NCBI RefSeq assembly: GCF_006345805.1
Contig: NC_043014.1
Location: 13,950,001 to 14,014,000 of the forward strand
Source: Octopus sinensis
Taxonomy: Eukaryota
Length of the DNA stretch: 64,000 nt
Reading direction: 5' to 3'
The notes beneath the pieces are model-generated. The model did no database searches. It saw only the letters and a list, made by a program, of their open reading frames with translations, and was not told where the DNA came from. The position numbers and the translations under genes were made by a program. Every line of letters starts with the position of its first letter. The first letter of the stretch is position 1. Shown here piece by piece: positions 38,682 to 49,399 of the stretch.

Positions 38682-39638
38682 CTACACTTTGCTTCATAAA
38701 CAGTGGTTATTAATGAAATCAGTTACGTTTAAACAATGATGTTTATGTTTGCTTTGATGCCTTTTAATAATTAATAATACATTTCTATCTGTCTAATCTT
38801 TTAACAGTCTCTATAAACAGGAATTGAATAATAATACGTATGTATTATTATAGCAAGTTTACACACGTATTGACACACCAAGTTTCTCACAAAAATATTT
38901 ATTGGAAAAAGAATTGAAATAAATGACTTGCTCTACAATATTAAGCGCATAACAATTCATTATCAGCAGCAATATTTCAACATTTATTAAAGCGGTAAAC
39001 TGACAGTATCATTAGTATGCCAGGCAATGCTTAGTGGCATTTTGCTCTGAGTTCAAATACTGCCAAGGTCGGCTTTGCCTTTCATCTTTTCAGGGTTGAT
39101 AAAATAAGTACCAGTTGAGCACTAGGGGTGATGTAATTGACTAACCCTCTCCACCAAGATTACTGACCTTCTGCCAAAACTTGAAACCAATATTTCACCC
39201 TTTATTTTTCTATACTAGCCGGTGGCACGTAAAAAGCACCAACTGACTGTGGCCATTGCCAGCCTCCCCTGGCACTTGTGCCGGTGGAATGTAAAAAGCA
39301 CCCACTACACTCACAGAGTGGTTGGCATTAAGAAGGGCATCCAGCTGTAGAAACACTGCCAGATCTACTGGGGCCTGGTGCAGCCTCCTGGCTTCCCAGA
39401 GCCCGGTCGAACCGTCCAACCCATGCTAGCATGGAAAACGGACGTTAAACAATGATAATGATGATGTAATAAGTTCCACAAGCCTCAACTATAATAATGC
39501 ATATCGCCAAGTATCTTGATCCTTATCACTTCATCTTATATGAAAGAACAAACATTCTGGGGTACTAACATTTACTACCAACTGATTATTTCTTAATCAC
39601 TAGTATAACAACTTTCCCCTTCCCTATAATGCATATGT

Positions 39639-39888
39639 GGAGGCGCATGGCTTAGTGGTTAGGATGTCAGCATCATGATCATAAAATTGTGGTTTCGATT
39701 CCTAGACCGGGCGAAGCATTGTGCTCTTGAGCAAAACACTTCATTTCACGTTGCTCCAGTCCACTCAGCTGGCAAAAATGGGTAACGCTGCAATGGATTG
39801 GCGTCCCGTCCAGCTGGGGAACACATACGCCATAGAAACCGAGAAACAAGGCCCATGAGCCTGGCTAGGCTTTAAAAGGGCACATTTG
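39639..39888 (+). mobile_element. SINE-C with V-domain-like body; reverse copy at ~40215-40462
   Basis: GGAGGCGCATGGCTTAGTGGTTAGG...CTTGAGCAAAACACTTCATTTCACGTTGCTCCAGTCCACTCAGCTGGCAAAAATGGGTAACGCTGCAATGGATTGGCGTCCCGTCCAG. The V-domain resemblance is from recall. Confidence 0.75.
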
Positions 39889-40519
39889 TTTTATTTATTT
39901 AGGCGTTAGGAAGGGCATCCAGCTGTAGAAACATTGCCAGATTAGACTGGAGCCTGGTGCAGCCTTCTGGCTTCCCAGAACCCTGGTCGAACCATCCAAC
40001 CCATGCTAGCATGGAGAACGGACGTTAAACGATGATGATGATGATGATGATGACATAAATTTTTTTCCTTTATCCAGGATGGCCATCGATAATATTATAC
40101 ACTCTATATAAACATAGGTTGCGCTTTCTGCTTACATCTACCTATGTCTTTTATGATGGTTGCTTTCTCAATTCCCTTATACTCAACTGTCCTCACACAT
40201 TCAACAGGCCACACTTGGCCCGTTGCTTAGGATAAAAATCCTTCCTGAGTCGGTTGGTTTCCTGGTTTCCATGATGCATGTATTCCCCTTTGATTGGGAT
40301 GCTGGTACATCATAGGTTTACTCATTTTTGCCAGCTAAGTGAACTGGAGCAATTTGAAATAAAGTGCCTTGCTCAAGAAGACAACACATCACTCAGTTCA
40401 GGAACTGAAACCTCAATCTTGCAATCATGAACCCAACATCCTAACCACTAAGCCACCTGCCAACTACTGCAGGTCTTCTGCATGCTTTGCCTATATTTTA
40501 TATCTTTAGACCATCACAC

Positions 40520-40874
40520 ATTATCAGTAGGATCTGAGACCCCCTTCGGTCATGACTGACCATGGGATTGCACCTAGAAAGTGACCCTCCCAGGTACAAG
40601 TCCAGGCTAGGTTGTTTATGGAAGACCAGAAGTCGCCCATGCATACTGGTCTCCCTTCTCCATGCCACAAGTGTTATTCAAGGGAAAGGCAAGGGCCGAT
40701 ACAGCTTGGCACCTGTGACATTGCAACTCATTTCTACTACAACTGAGTGAACTGGAGCAACATGAAATAAAGTGTCTTGCTCAAGAACACAACATACAGC
40801 CCAGTCCGGGATTCGAGCTTACAACCTCATGATCGTAAGCTCGATGCTCTAGCCACTGAGCCATGCGCCTTCAC
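40520..40874 (-). mobile_element. SINE-C with another distinct body
   Basis: Reverse complement head (GCCACTGAGCCATGCGCCTTCAC) plus the shared GAGCAACATGAAATAAAGTGTCTTGCTCAAG; unique 3' body. Confidence 0.75.
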
Positions 40875-41960
40875 GCAGTAGGCAGGCTTATATAATGTAA
40901 ACAATATCTGAACTTTTTTTTTATGTCTACTTTAATATTCACCACTATTCCCTCACAATAGACTGCATGGATGACATGGTGCTATAAATTTCTATTGGTT
41001 ATTGAAACAGGTGTTTTACAGTTCAATGCCTTTTAGAATGCTAACCATTCAAACCATGGAATTAGTGTTGTTGTGTAAACCTCATGTCAGTTCTAATCAA
41101 TAGTTGTCCTGATCACCAAGCAGGTGATTGAATGACTAACTGCAACCCCATATATCTGTTTTTCCGGTTATACTTGCTTCTATCAAGCTGATGGCTATAT
41201 TGCACACTCTGAGAAGTAGTGAGCTGTGCAAATTGATAGCCTGGACACATTATACTTTTTCCATATTTATGGCTAGTCTATTTCTGTATATCTTTCAGCT
41301 CTGGTGGTGATGGTCTCAGCTGAGGTAGATATGGTGGAGTCAATCAAAGCATACCAGTAGTCAAACTGCTGAGGGAACATCCATGAGATAACGAAGTCAG
41401 TCCTGCAAACATAGCTGTCAAATCTCTTTCAAATGGCACTCTGTCAGTTACAGCAATAAAGGTTCCAGTTTATCTGATCAAAAGAACAGCTTCCTCATAA
41501 AATTAATGAGCAAGTAGCTGAGCACGCCACAGACACACATACTTTTAACATAGTTCTCAGAGAGATCCAGCATGATACAGAATGTGACAAGGCTAGCCCT
41601 TTGAAATACAACTCATTTTTGCCAGCTGAGTGAACTGGAGCAACATGAAATAAAGAGTCTTGCTCAACATACCGTCAGGAATAAATACATATATACAATG
41701 AGCTTCTTTCAGTTTCCCTCTACCAAATCCACTCACAAGGCTCTGGTCAGCCTGAGGCTATAGTAGAAGACATTTGCTCAAGGTGCCATACAGTGGGACT
41801 GAACCTGGAACCATGTGTTTGGTAAGCAAGCTACTTCCCACACAGCCACTCCTTTGCCTATATATACACATATATATATAAACATACATACATAAACACA
41901 CCACATACATACATAAATACACACATACATTTATCATATTCATAGATATGTACATACATA

Positions 41961-42818
41961 CAGGGTGCGGTGAATAAATTGTCATTTAAATTATGTGAAA
42001 ATGAAAATAACACTGACATCTCATTTTAATAGATATTTTTACCAAAATTACATAAAAAATTCTTGAAATACTAAAGAGTAAATTTATTCAATAAAATCAC
42101 TATTGGCTTCAACCACAGACTCCACATGACTTCAGAATCTTCTGCAACTCTTCTGGATGGTCTCCATGTTTAATTTGATTTTTGCCATAGCCCTTGCCTT
42201 CAGTTCATCTTTGGTATTACAAGGAGTTTTTTGGGTCCCTCACACAACTGCTCCCCACACATAATAATCAAGGGGGTTGCAGTCAGGGGCATTATATGGC
42301 CAGATGTTAGGGGTGATGTGGTAGCAGAAATTGTCCGACAACCATGACTGGGTCTTCCTGCTTATGTGGCATGGTGCAGAATCCTGTTGCCAGACATAGG
42401 GTCTTCCAGCAGCTACTCTCTTGAACCAGGGCAGCACTACCTCCTCCAGGCACTTGATGTAGGCCTCCGTTTTGAGTGTATGGCCATGTGGGAAGATGAT
42501 TCGAGGCATAACATCGTCATCACTAGTGATCACTCCAAACTCCATGATATTGACTTGATGTTTGATTTTTATCTCTCTCTTGGTACATGTCCTCAGATTG
42601 ACACCCAAACACACTGAAATGTTCGTAATGGAGCTTCCAACATGAATGCCAAGCAGTACATGTTTCCAAATTTCTGGCAGAGTGAATGGCATCATGGTGC
42701 TGTTTTTCTCACAGGTGTCCAACTGACCCTACTATACTGTGTAGTCGACAAAATCAAAAACAAACAATGCTCATGCATGAAATAAAAAATATAAAATATT
42801 GACAATTTACCCATTGTA
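41961..42818 (-). mobile_element. Internally deleted maT (DD37D) Tc1/mariner element
   Basis: TA|CAGGGTGCGGTGAATAAATTGTC end, with degenerate GACAATTTA...TGTA at the other end. Minus ORF ...RPYVWQQDSAPCH...WPYNAPDCNPLDYYVWG has 37 residues between the second and third D. Confidence 0.82.
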
Positions 42819-43220
42819 CACACATATATATGCCACATACATACAGACACACATATATATGCCACATACATACAGACACACACACATATATATGCCACAT
42901 ACATACACAGACACACACACACACATATATATGCCACATACATACACAGACACACATATATATATGCCACATACATACACAAACACACATATATATATGC
43001 CACATACACAGACAAACATATATATATATGCCACATACATACAGACACACACATATATATGCCACATACATACATAGACACACATATATATATGCCACAC
43101 ACAGACACACATATATATATGCCACATACATACAGACACACATATATATGCCACATACATACACAGACACACATATATATATGCCACATACATACACAGA
43201 CACACATATATATGCCACAT

Positions 43221-43260
<40 letters not shown>

Positions 43261-43270
43261 ACATACATAC
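42818..43270. repeat. Minisatellite, ~30-35-bp unit CACA(TA)nTGCCACATACATACACAGA, ~13 copies, at the internal microsatellite position of a minus-strand SINE-A half (43270-43445)
   Basis: ATATATGCCACATACATAC recurs at regular spacing. Confidence 0.88.
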
Positions 43271-45029
43271 ATGATGGGCATATTTTAGTTTTCATCTACT
43301 AAATCCACTCATGAGGCCTTGTTGGCCCAGGGCTGTAGTAGAAGACACTTGCCCAGAGTGCAACACAGTGAGACCAAGCTTGAAACCATATGGGTTATGT
43401 GGTTGGGAAGCAAATCTCTTATCACACAGCCATACCTGTGCCTATACAGCCATTGTTGCACCTTCAGCATTCTGTGTTTAAATTCCACTTGCCATAATCG
43501 GCTGCTTCATGACTGCAAATGAGGCTTAATAGACCTCTAGACATAACATCTCTGTTGCATCAATACAAGAACAACCAGATCCTACACAAAGCAATACAAA
43601 TGCTTGAAAAGAACAAATAGATATATAAATAGTATATTTTAAAATTGATTTTTATTTTTCTTAATATTATAAATAAATACTGTCAGAAATAACAAGATCT
43701 TTGAAATATACACTACATAAACTTGTACGTATATTGTTTATTACATAAGAAGCTTAGTAATCAATAACAGAGGTAAATCTTACTTTCATTCTGCTAAAGA
43801 ATACTTAAATGTTTTGATGTAACGCCCACCTATGTCACCTGAATGAAAACACAAGATGGTATATGAACACATGTTTGTCTGTTAATGTATTTAGTTTTCT
43901 TTCTTTTTTTTTTTGATTTTTTTTCCTTTCTGAAATGTATATGACGTCAATACAGAAAGTTAACCTAATTCAAGCTTAAGTTTGTTAAGTAGCAAAAATC
44001 AGTAAATTTATTGAGCTAAACATTAAAGTAAACCATTAACAAAAAAAAGTTTCCTTTCAGCAAATCCAGTATTTTTGTTGTTTTTCTTTGTTTTTTTTTA
44101 AGCGTGCTTAATTTCCCAGACACAAAACTATCACTTCTGTTTTATTTCATAGCAATTATTTCTAATCTTGCCAAATAGGAGTAAACAGCAGGATTTGTTT
44201 TGGATAAATAGTACAATATAATTTCATTAAAACTGCTTCAAGTTAAAAATCTTGCCAATAAAATTTGGTTGTAAGAATAATTGTTTCTAACATTATATAA
44301 TTGTATTTAACATGTTTATTGTAAGAATAATGCCTTGCTTGACATTTTAAACCTGAAGACATGACAGATTTTATTGACTTTTATTACTTGCTAATACTGG
44401 TGTTTTTGTTAGAGCACTTCCACTACCAGGTCCACCTATGATTAAAGGCAATCCAGTAATGACTATCCCATTTATATTTCCAGAGGTTCACTATGCAACC
44501 ACATAGTTTCTTTGGGGTTCAGTTCACTGTGCAGAACTTTGGTTAAGTGTCTTCTACTATAACTTTGGGCCAACCAATGCTTTGTAAGTGAATTTTGTAG
44601 ATGGAAACTGTATGGATACCCACACGTGTGTGTGTGTGTGTGTGCATTTGTCTTTGTGTTTGTCTCCCACTGCTTGATGACCAGTGTCAGTTTGTTTACA
44701 TCCCTGTATCTTAAAAGTTCAGCAAAAGCATCCAACAGAATAAGTACTAGACTTAAAAGTAAGTACCAGGGTGGATTTGCTTAACTAAATCCTTTCAGGT
44801 GGTGCTCCAGTCCAATGACTGAGACAAGTAAAAAAATAAAAAGGTAAGACGATATTCATAGTAGAATTTATCGTAAATATTTTCAATATTCATTCTGCTG
44901 CATAATGAGCACATTTGTTTAAAATATGTGCAAGCAACCCACTCCAAATAATGATGTTTTGAAACTTTTGTTTTTTTTCAATTTACAAGCACATTACAGG
45001 CATTTTCATTATGCCTGAATCCTCTAAAC

Positions 45030-45870
45030 CAGGGATGGGAAAACCCCTGTGAGTCCATTTTATTGTGCCCGCAGGTTGATATACTCATATGTACAAAATA
45101 TTGTAAATTTTTCAATCAAAATTTATGGCTGTGAGGTAAGTAGCTTGCTTACGAATCACATGGTTCTGGGTTCAGTCCCACTGCGTGGCACATTGGGCAA
45201 GTGTCTTCTACTATAGCCTTGGGCTGACCAAAGCCTCATGAGTGGATTTGGGAGACAGAAACTGTAAGAAGCTCATCGTATATATGTATACATGTGTGTG
45301 TATGTGTGTGTGTATATGTTTGTGTGTCTGTGTTTGTTCCCTCAACGTCACTTGACAACCGATGCTGGTGTATTTATGTCCCCGTAACTTAGCAGTTCAG
45401 CAAAAGAGACCAATAGAATAAGTACTAGGCTTACAAAGAATAAGTCCTGGGCTCGATTTGCTCGACTAAAGGCGGTGCTCCAGCATGGCCACAGTCAAAT
45501 GACTGAAACAAGTAAAAGAGTATATCTATTTGTGACATAGGTTGCATTTCCACTACGACTTAAAATGGTCAGAAATCGTCCAGTAATTGCCATTTGGATA
45601 GAAATTTTGTTTTCACTATAAAATACATATTGCTAGGTTTATACTACCCCCTCGAGACCCAACTACACTTTAGCTGGAAAAAAAAAGAAGAATACTTCAT
45701 AAGTAATACAATCATCCTAAATTTAGTGGTGGTGTTAATTTAATGTGTTTAACTTATCTTTATTGGTGTATATCAAATTAGACATAGATATATACAAGAT
45801 TTACACAGATATAAGAATTAAAACCTGTGTCCGCCCGCAGACCTTTTTCTACGGAAATTATTGCCCACTG
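45030..45870. mobile_element. hAT-type MITE with 8-bp TSD and nested SINE-A (45125-45522)
   Basis: CTCTAAAC|CAGGGATGGGAAAA ... TTGCCCACTG|CTCTAAAA (7/8 TSD match); GCCCGCAG subterminal motif near both ends. Confidence 0.7.
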
Positions 45871-46384
45871 CTCTAAAAAGCTTCCCCATTGTATTGCAGT
45901 TATCATCTGTAAATACCTTTCTCAGAAAGTTCCTTTTCTTCCAGAAGTTTCAGTACATAATTATAGGTGCAGGCATGGCTGTGGTGGTAAAAAGTTGGCC
46001 TCCCATACACATGGCTCCAGGTTCAGTCTCACTGTTGGCACCTTGGGCTAGTGTCTTCTGTTATAGACCCAGGCTGACCAAAACCTTTTGAGTGGATGTG
46101 GTAGGCAGAAACTGAAAGAAGCCTATCAGTCATTCATCTCTGCATGCATGCATGTATGTATGTACCTGTGTGTTTGTGTTTGTCCCCTTACCACTGCTTG
46201 ACAGTGTTCCCATTTATGTCCCCATAACTCAGCAGTTTAGCAAAAGGGACTGATAAAATAAGTACCAGGCTTTAAAAAATATAATTACAGGAGTTAATTC
46301 ATTCAAAATTCATTCAACTAAAGCCCTTCAAGGTGGTGCTTCAGCATGGCCACAGTCCAATGAATGAAAGAAGTGAAAGATAAA

Positions 46385-46730
46385 AAATAATCAGCAATAG
46401 TAGCTGTTTGCTCATCAGGTGTTTCTAGTTTCGACTAGAAACCATAATTCTTCTGGTCAAATTACAAGAAATCGCTTTATTCAATTGCAATTATTTCTCT
46501 CTGCAGCAGTTCTACCATAGATGCCTCATTTTTTAAAAAAGCATTAATAGAATGTGGTGCAAGTACAGAATTAACAATTACTTCTATTTAAGTTCAAGCA
46601 CTGGAAAATTTCTTTGCTACTTCAGAATCAGCGAAAGAGTTCTTTTAACCACGATAAACAGTTCATGGATGGTAAGGTATAGTGATGTTTAACAATGAAT
46701 TGCACATCTGTAGCAATGACAATTTCTCAC
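46385..46730 (-). pseudogene. Highly decayed hAT-like transposase fragment
   Basis: Across frameshifts: IVKHHYTLPSMNCLSWL / DSEVAKKFSSA*T*IEVIVNSVLAPHSI / FDQKNYG / SKLETPDEQTATIADYF, resembling hAT transposase motifs from recall. Confidence 0.5.
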
Positions 46731-47474
46731 ATTTTACTACCTGGAGGGGACAAAAACATGTAACAGGTTATGTTAAGGCTCCAGTTTTTATTTGCATATA
46801 GGTTCAGTATACAAGACCATAGTAGTAGTCAGCAGTTTAGTGAGATAATTAGAAATGAAGCTTGGACACCCTTAGATGTGTGTCTGAAGGAAAAACTGCT
46901 TGCTAGAAAGCAAAAGATGTACAGCATAAAGAATTAAAAAAATATTGACCAATAATGTTCATCTGAAGGTTCCTATTTATACCTATGGGAAAAGCTGAAC
47001 AAAAAGGGTATATGTCTTATCCATGATAACCTTTAAATGACCAAAGAATTCTGACCGAAACACAGGAAAGTGTATGTCTTATCTATGACACCACCAAATA
47101 ACCCAAGAATTCTAATTCATACAAAGGAACCAAGATAAGTTTGACAGGTGACCTCATAAATTTCCCTAGTACTAATGCCGAATACAAAGGAAAGGATCTG
47201 ATAGGAAAATCTCAGCTAAGATTTTGATTCTTGGCTAAGAATCCAAGAAACGATTTCTTACACGTGTTTGTTTCATTGATTTGCCTTTTCTTTGAAATGG
47301 TTTCTTGTGTTTCCAAGTTCACAGACATGTGTGAAAATCATTAATGTTTTTATTAACCACAGAAATGAATTTTCATAGTTTGCACACCAAACACTGCACG
47401 TCCCATTCATCTTTGTCTTCTTTAGAATGTGGGAGTGTACTTTACTGCTCTAAAGTGATTTTACATTTGTTTAA

Positions 47475-47694
47475 CCCTTTTGTTACTGTATTTATTTTGA
47501 GATGCTTTGTTTTCCTTTCAATTACTTTAAATATAACAAAGAATTTAGTAAAATAACTTAGTTATCATTAAGCTAGTGTTAGGAACATAAATTGTGACTA
47601 AAGTTTGGTGGAAGATTTTAATTCAAAACTTATGAAAACAAGACATTTGTACTCAGACACAGAGCCAGTTTCAGCCAGGTTGGTAATGAAAGGG
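47475..47694. mobile_element. piggyBac-type MITE family 1, second copy (reverse orientation)
   Basis: TTAA|CCCTTTTGTTAC...GTAATGAAAGGG|TTAA; internal sequence is the reverse complement of 19939-20158. Confidence 0.9.
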
Positions 47695-47858
47695 TTAAGG
47701 TGTGGCTGAGATGCTGGCATGGCAGTGTGGGAAAGAAGTTCACATCCCAACCACATGGTTTTAGGTTCAATTTCACTGTGTGGCACCTTGGGCAAATGTC
47801 TTCTACAAGAGCTTTGAGCCAACCAATGCTTTGTGAGAGAATTTGGTAAACAGAAACT

Positions 47859-47893
<35 letters not shown>

Positions 47894-48663
47894 TATGCAC
47901 ACGCACGTGCACACACATGCATGCATGCTTGTGCATATGCACACACGTGCATGCATACTTTGTGTATGTATGAGTGAATGTATGTGTGTGAGTGTATGTA
48001 TGTGTATGTTTATGATTATATGTGTGTGTGTCTTTGTGTCAGTGTTTGTCCCTCCACCACCACTTAACAAATGCTGTTGGTTTGTTTACATCCCTGTAAC
48101 CTAGCAGTTCAGTTGAAGAAGCTGATAGAATAAGTAACAGGCATTAAAAAAAAATAAGTACTGGGTTGATTTGTTTGGGCTAAACCTTTCATGGTAATAC
48201 TCCAGTACAATCACAGTCCAATGACTGAAACAAAATTTTTTAAAATCTCTAAAGACAAAGTTAATAGTTTGAAAAATTAAATGTTACCAAAGGACATAAT
48301 TCATTGCTTTATGCAGAAAGGATACTGTACAACTGGCCAATATGTTGTTGATGTACTGCCATGGTTCTCAATCATTTTTTGCCTGTCAAACCCTTTGGTT
48401 CCTATTTTACTCAGGTACAAATGAATAAGTCTGTGATGGACTGGTGTCATGCTGAGGGAGGATATTGTGATCTTGGTCATTTGTATGCCATGGAAACCTG
48501 GTAACTGACCCCACAATCCCTGGGACTCAAGACAGTAATGTTTAGAGGATGGTGATGATAATGATGACTTTGGATGCCTTCTACCATACCTTGGGGTCAA
48601 CCACTACCTTGTGAAAGTAATTTGGTAGATGTAAACTGTACAAAAGCCCATCATATACATATA

Positions 48664-49194
48664 TTTATAAAGAAGGATAAGATTGATATCTAAATATCGA
48701 TCTTATCAAGTGGCCAGCATGGGAATAAAAACCTTACAAAGGTAATAATTATTTAAAATTATATATTAAGGTATCTGAGAGATACCACCATGCTGAAATA
48801 GCAGTCAAAACATTACCCTAAAGCCACATTAAATGTTCATATAGCACTAGAAGAGTAGACAGAGACAAAATAAACTAGCAAAAAAATTTTACTGGATAAT
48901 TCCAGATCCTGGATTTCTGACTTTGCATAAGAGATGCTCTGCCTTCTTCAGTGGAATATACTCAGCACATAAATACAAATATATATATATATACAACATA
49001 TGATATACTTACATATACGAACGTCTATAAATACATATATATGCACGTATGTACACGACCAGCTTAAATTGCCCACCTAACAGCACCTCACGCGATAATA
49101 AACACGGCAGTGAATATAATGATGAAATATATAAATTTATAAATAAGGATAAGATCGATATTTAAATATCGACCTTATCAAGTGGCCAGCATGG

Positions 49195-49199
<5 letters not shown>
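48664..49199 (-). mobile_element. Hammerhead-bearing non-coding element with 64-bp terminal direct repeats (period 472 bp); retrozyme- or Penelope pLTR-like
   Basis: TTTATAAA(G/T)AAGGATAAGAT(T/C)GATAT(C/T)TAAATATCGA(T/C)CTTATCAAGTGGCCAGCATGGGAATA at 48664-48727 and 49136-49199. Left flank is a SINE-A 5' half ending in TA; right flank is (TA)n. Confidence 0.7.
48899..48957 (-). ncRNA. Minimal type I hammerhead ribozyme fold
   Basis: Minus strand AUUCCA CUGAAGA AGGC-AGA-GCAU-CUCUU-AUGC-AAA-GUCA GAAA UCC-A-GGA UC UGGAAU: 6-bp stem I, CUGANGA and GAAA cores, AUC cleavage triplet, palindromic stem III. The 10.1-11.1 pair is A.A (non-consensus). Confidence 0.7.
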
Positions 49200-49230
<31 letters not shown>

Positions 49231-49279
49231 TTTGCCAAAAGTGCAGGTGACAAACTCAACTATGTTTCATTTTGTTTAG

Positions 49280-49399
49280 GACCGCCTCAACAAAACAGAG
49301 CTTTCTCTGTACTTGCCAAAATTAGTGATAAAAGCATTACTATATTGATATATAATAACCTACATGAGATTATTCATGCTGATAGAACAAAAACCCTAG
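49280..49399 (+). CDS. Candidate internal exon (120 nt, phase 1-1): (G)PPQQNRAFSVLAKISDKSITILIYNNLHEIIHADRTKTL(G)
   Basis: Acceptor TATGTTTCATTTTGTTTAG, donor TAG|GTAATT, only one open frame, length divisible by 3. Protein not recognised. Confidence 0.33.

Noticed and set aside
46411-46442. Second hammerhead (CTGATGAG on minus strand next to a 9-bp hairpin with TTCG/CGAA loop)
   Set aside because: Order and spacing leave no room for stems I-III; the segment translates as part of the hAT transposase relic (SKLETPDEQ).
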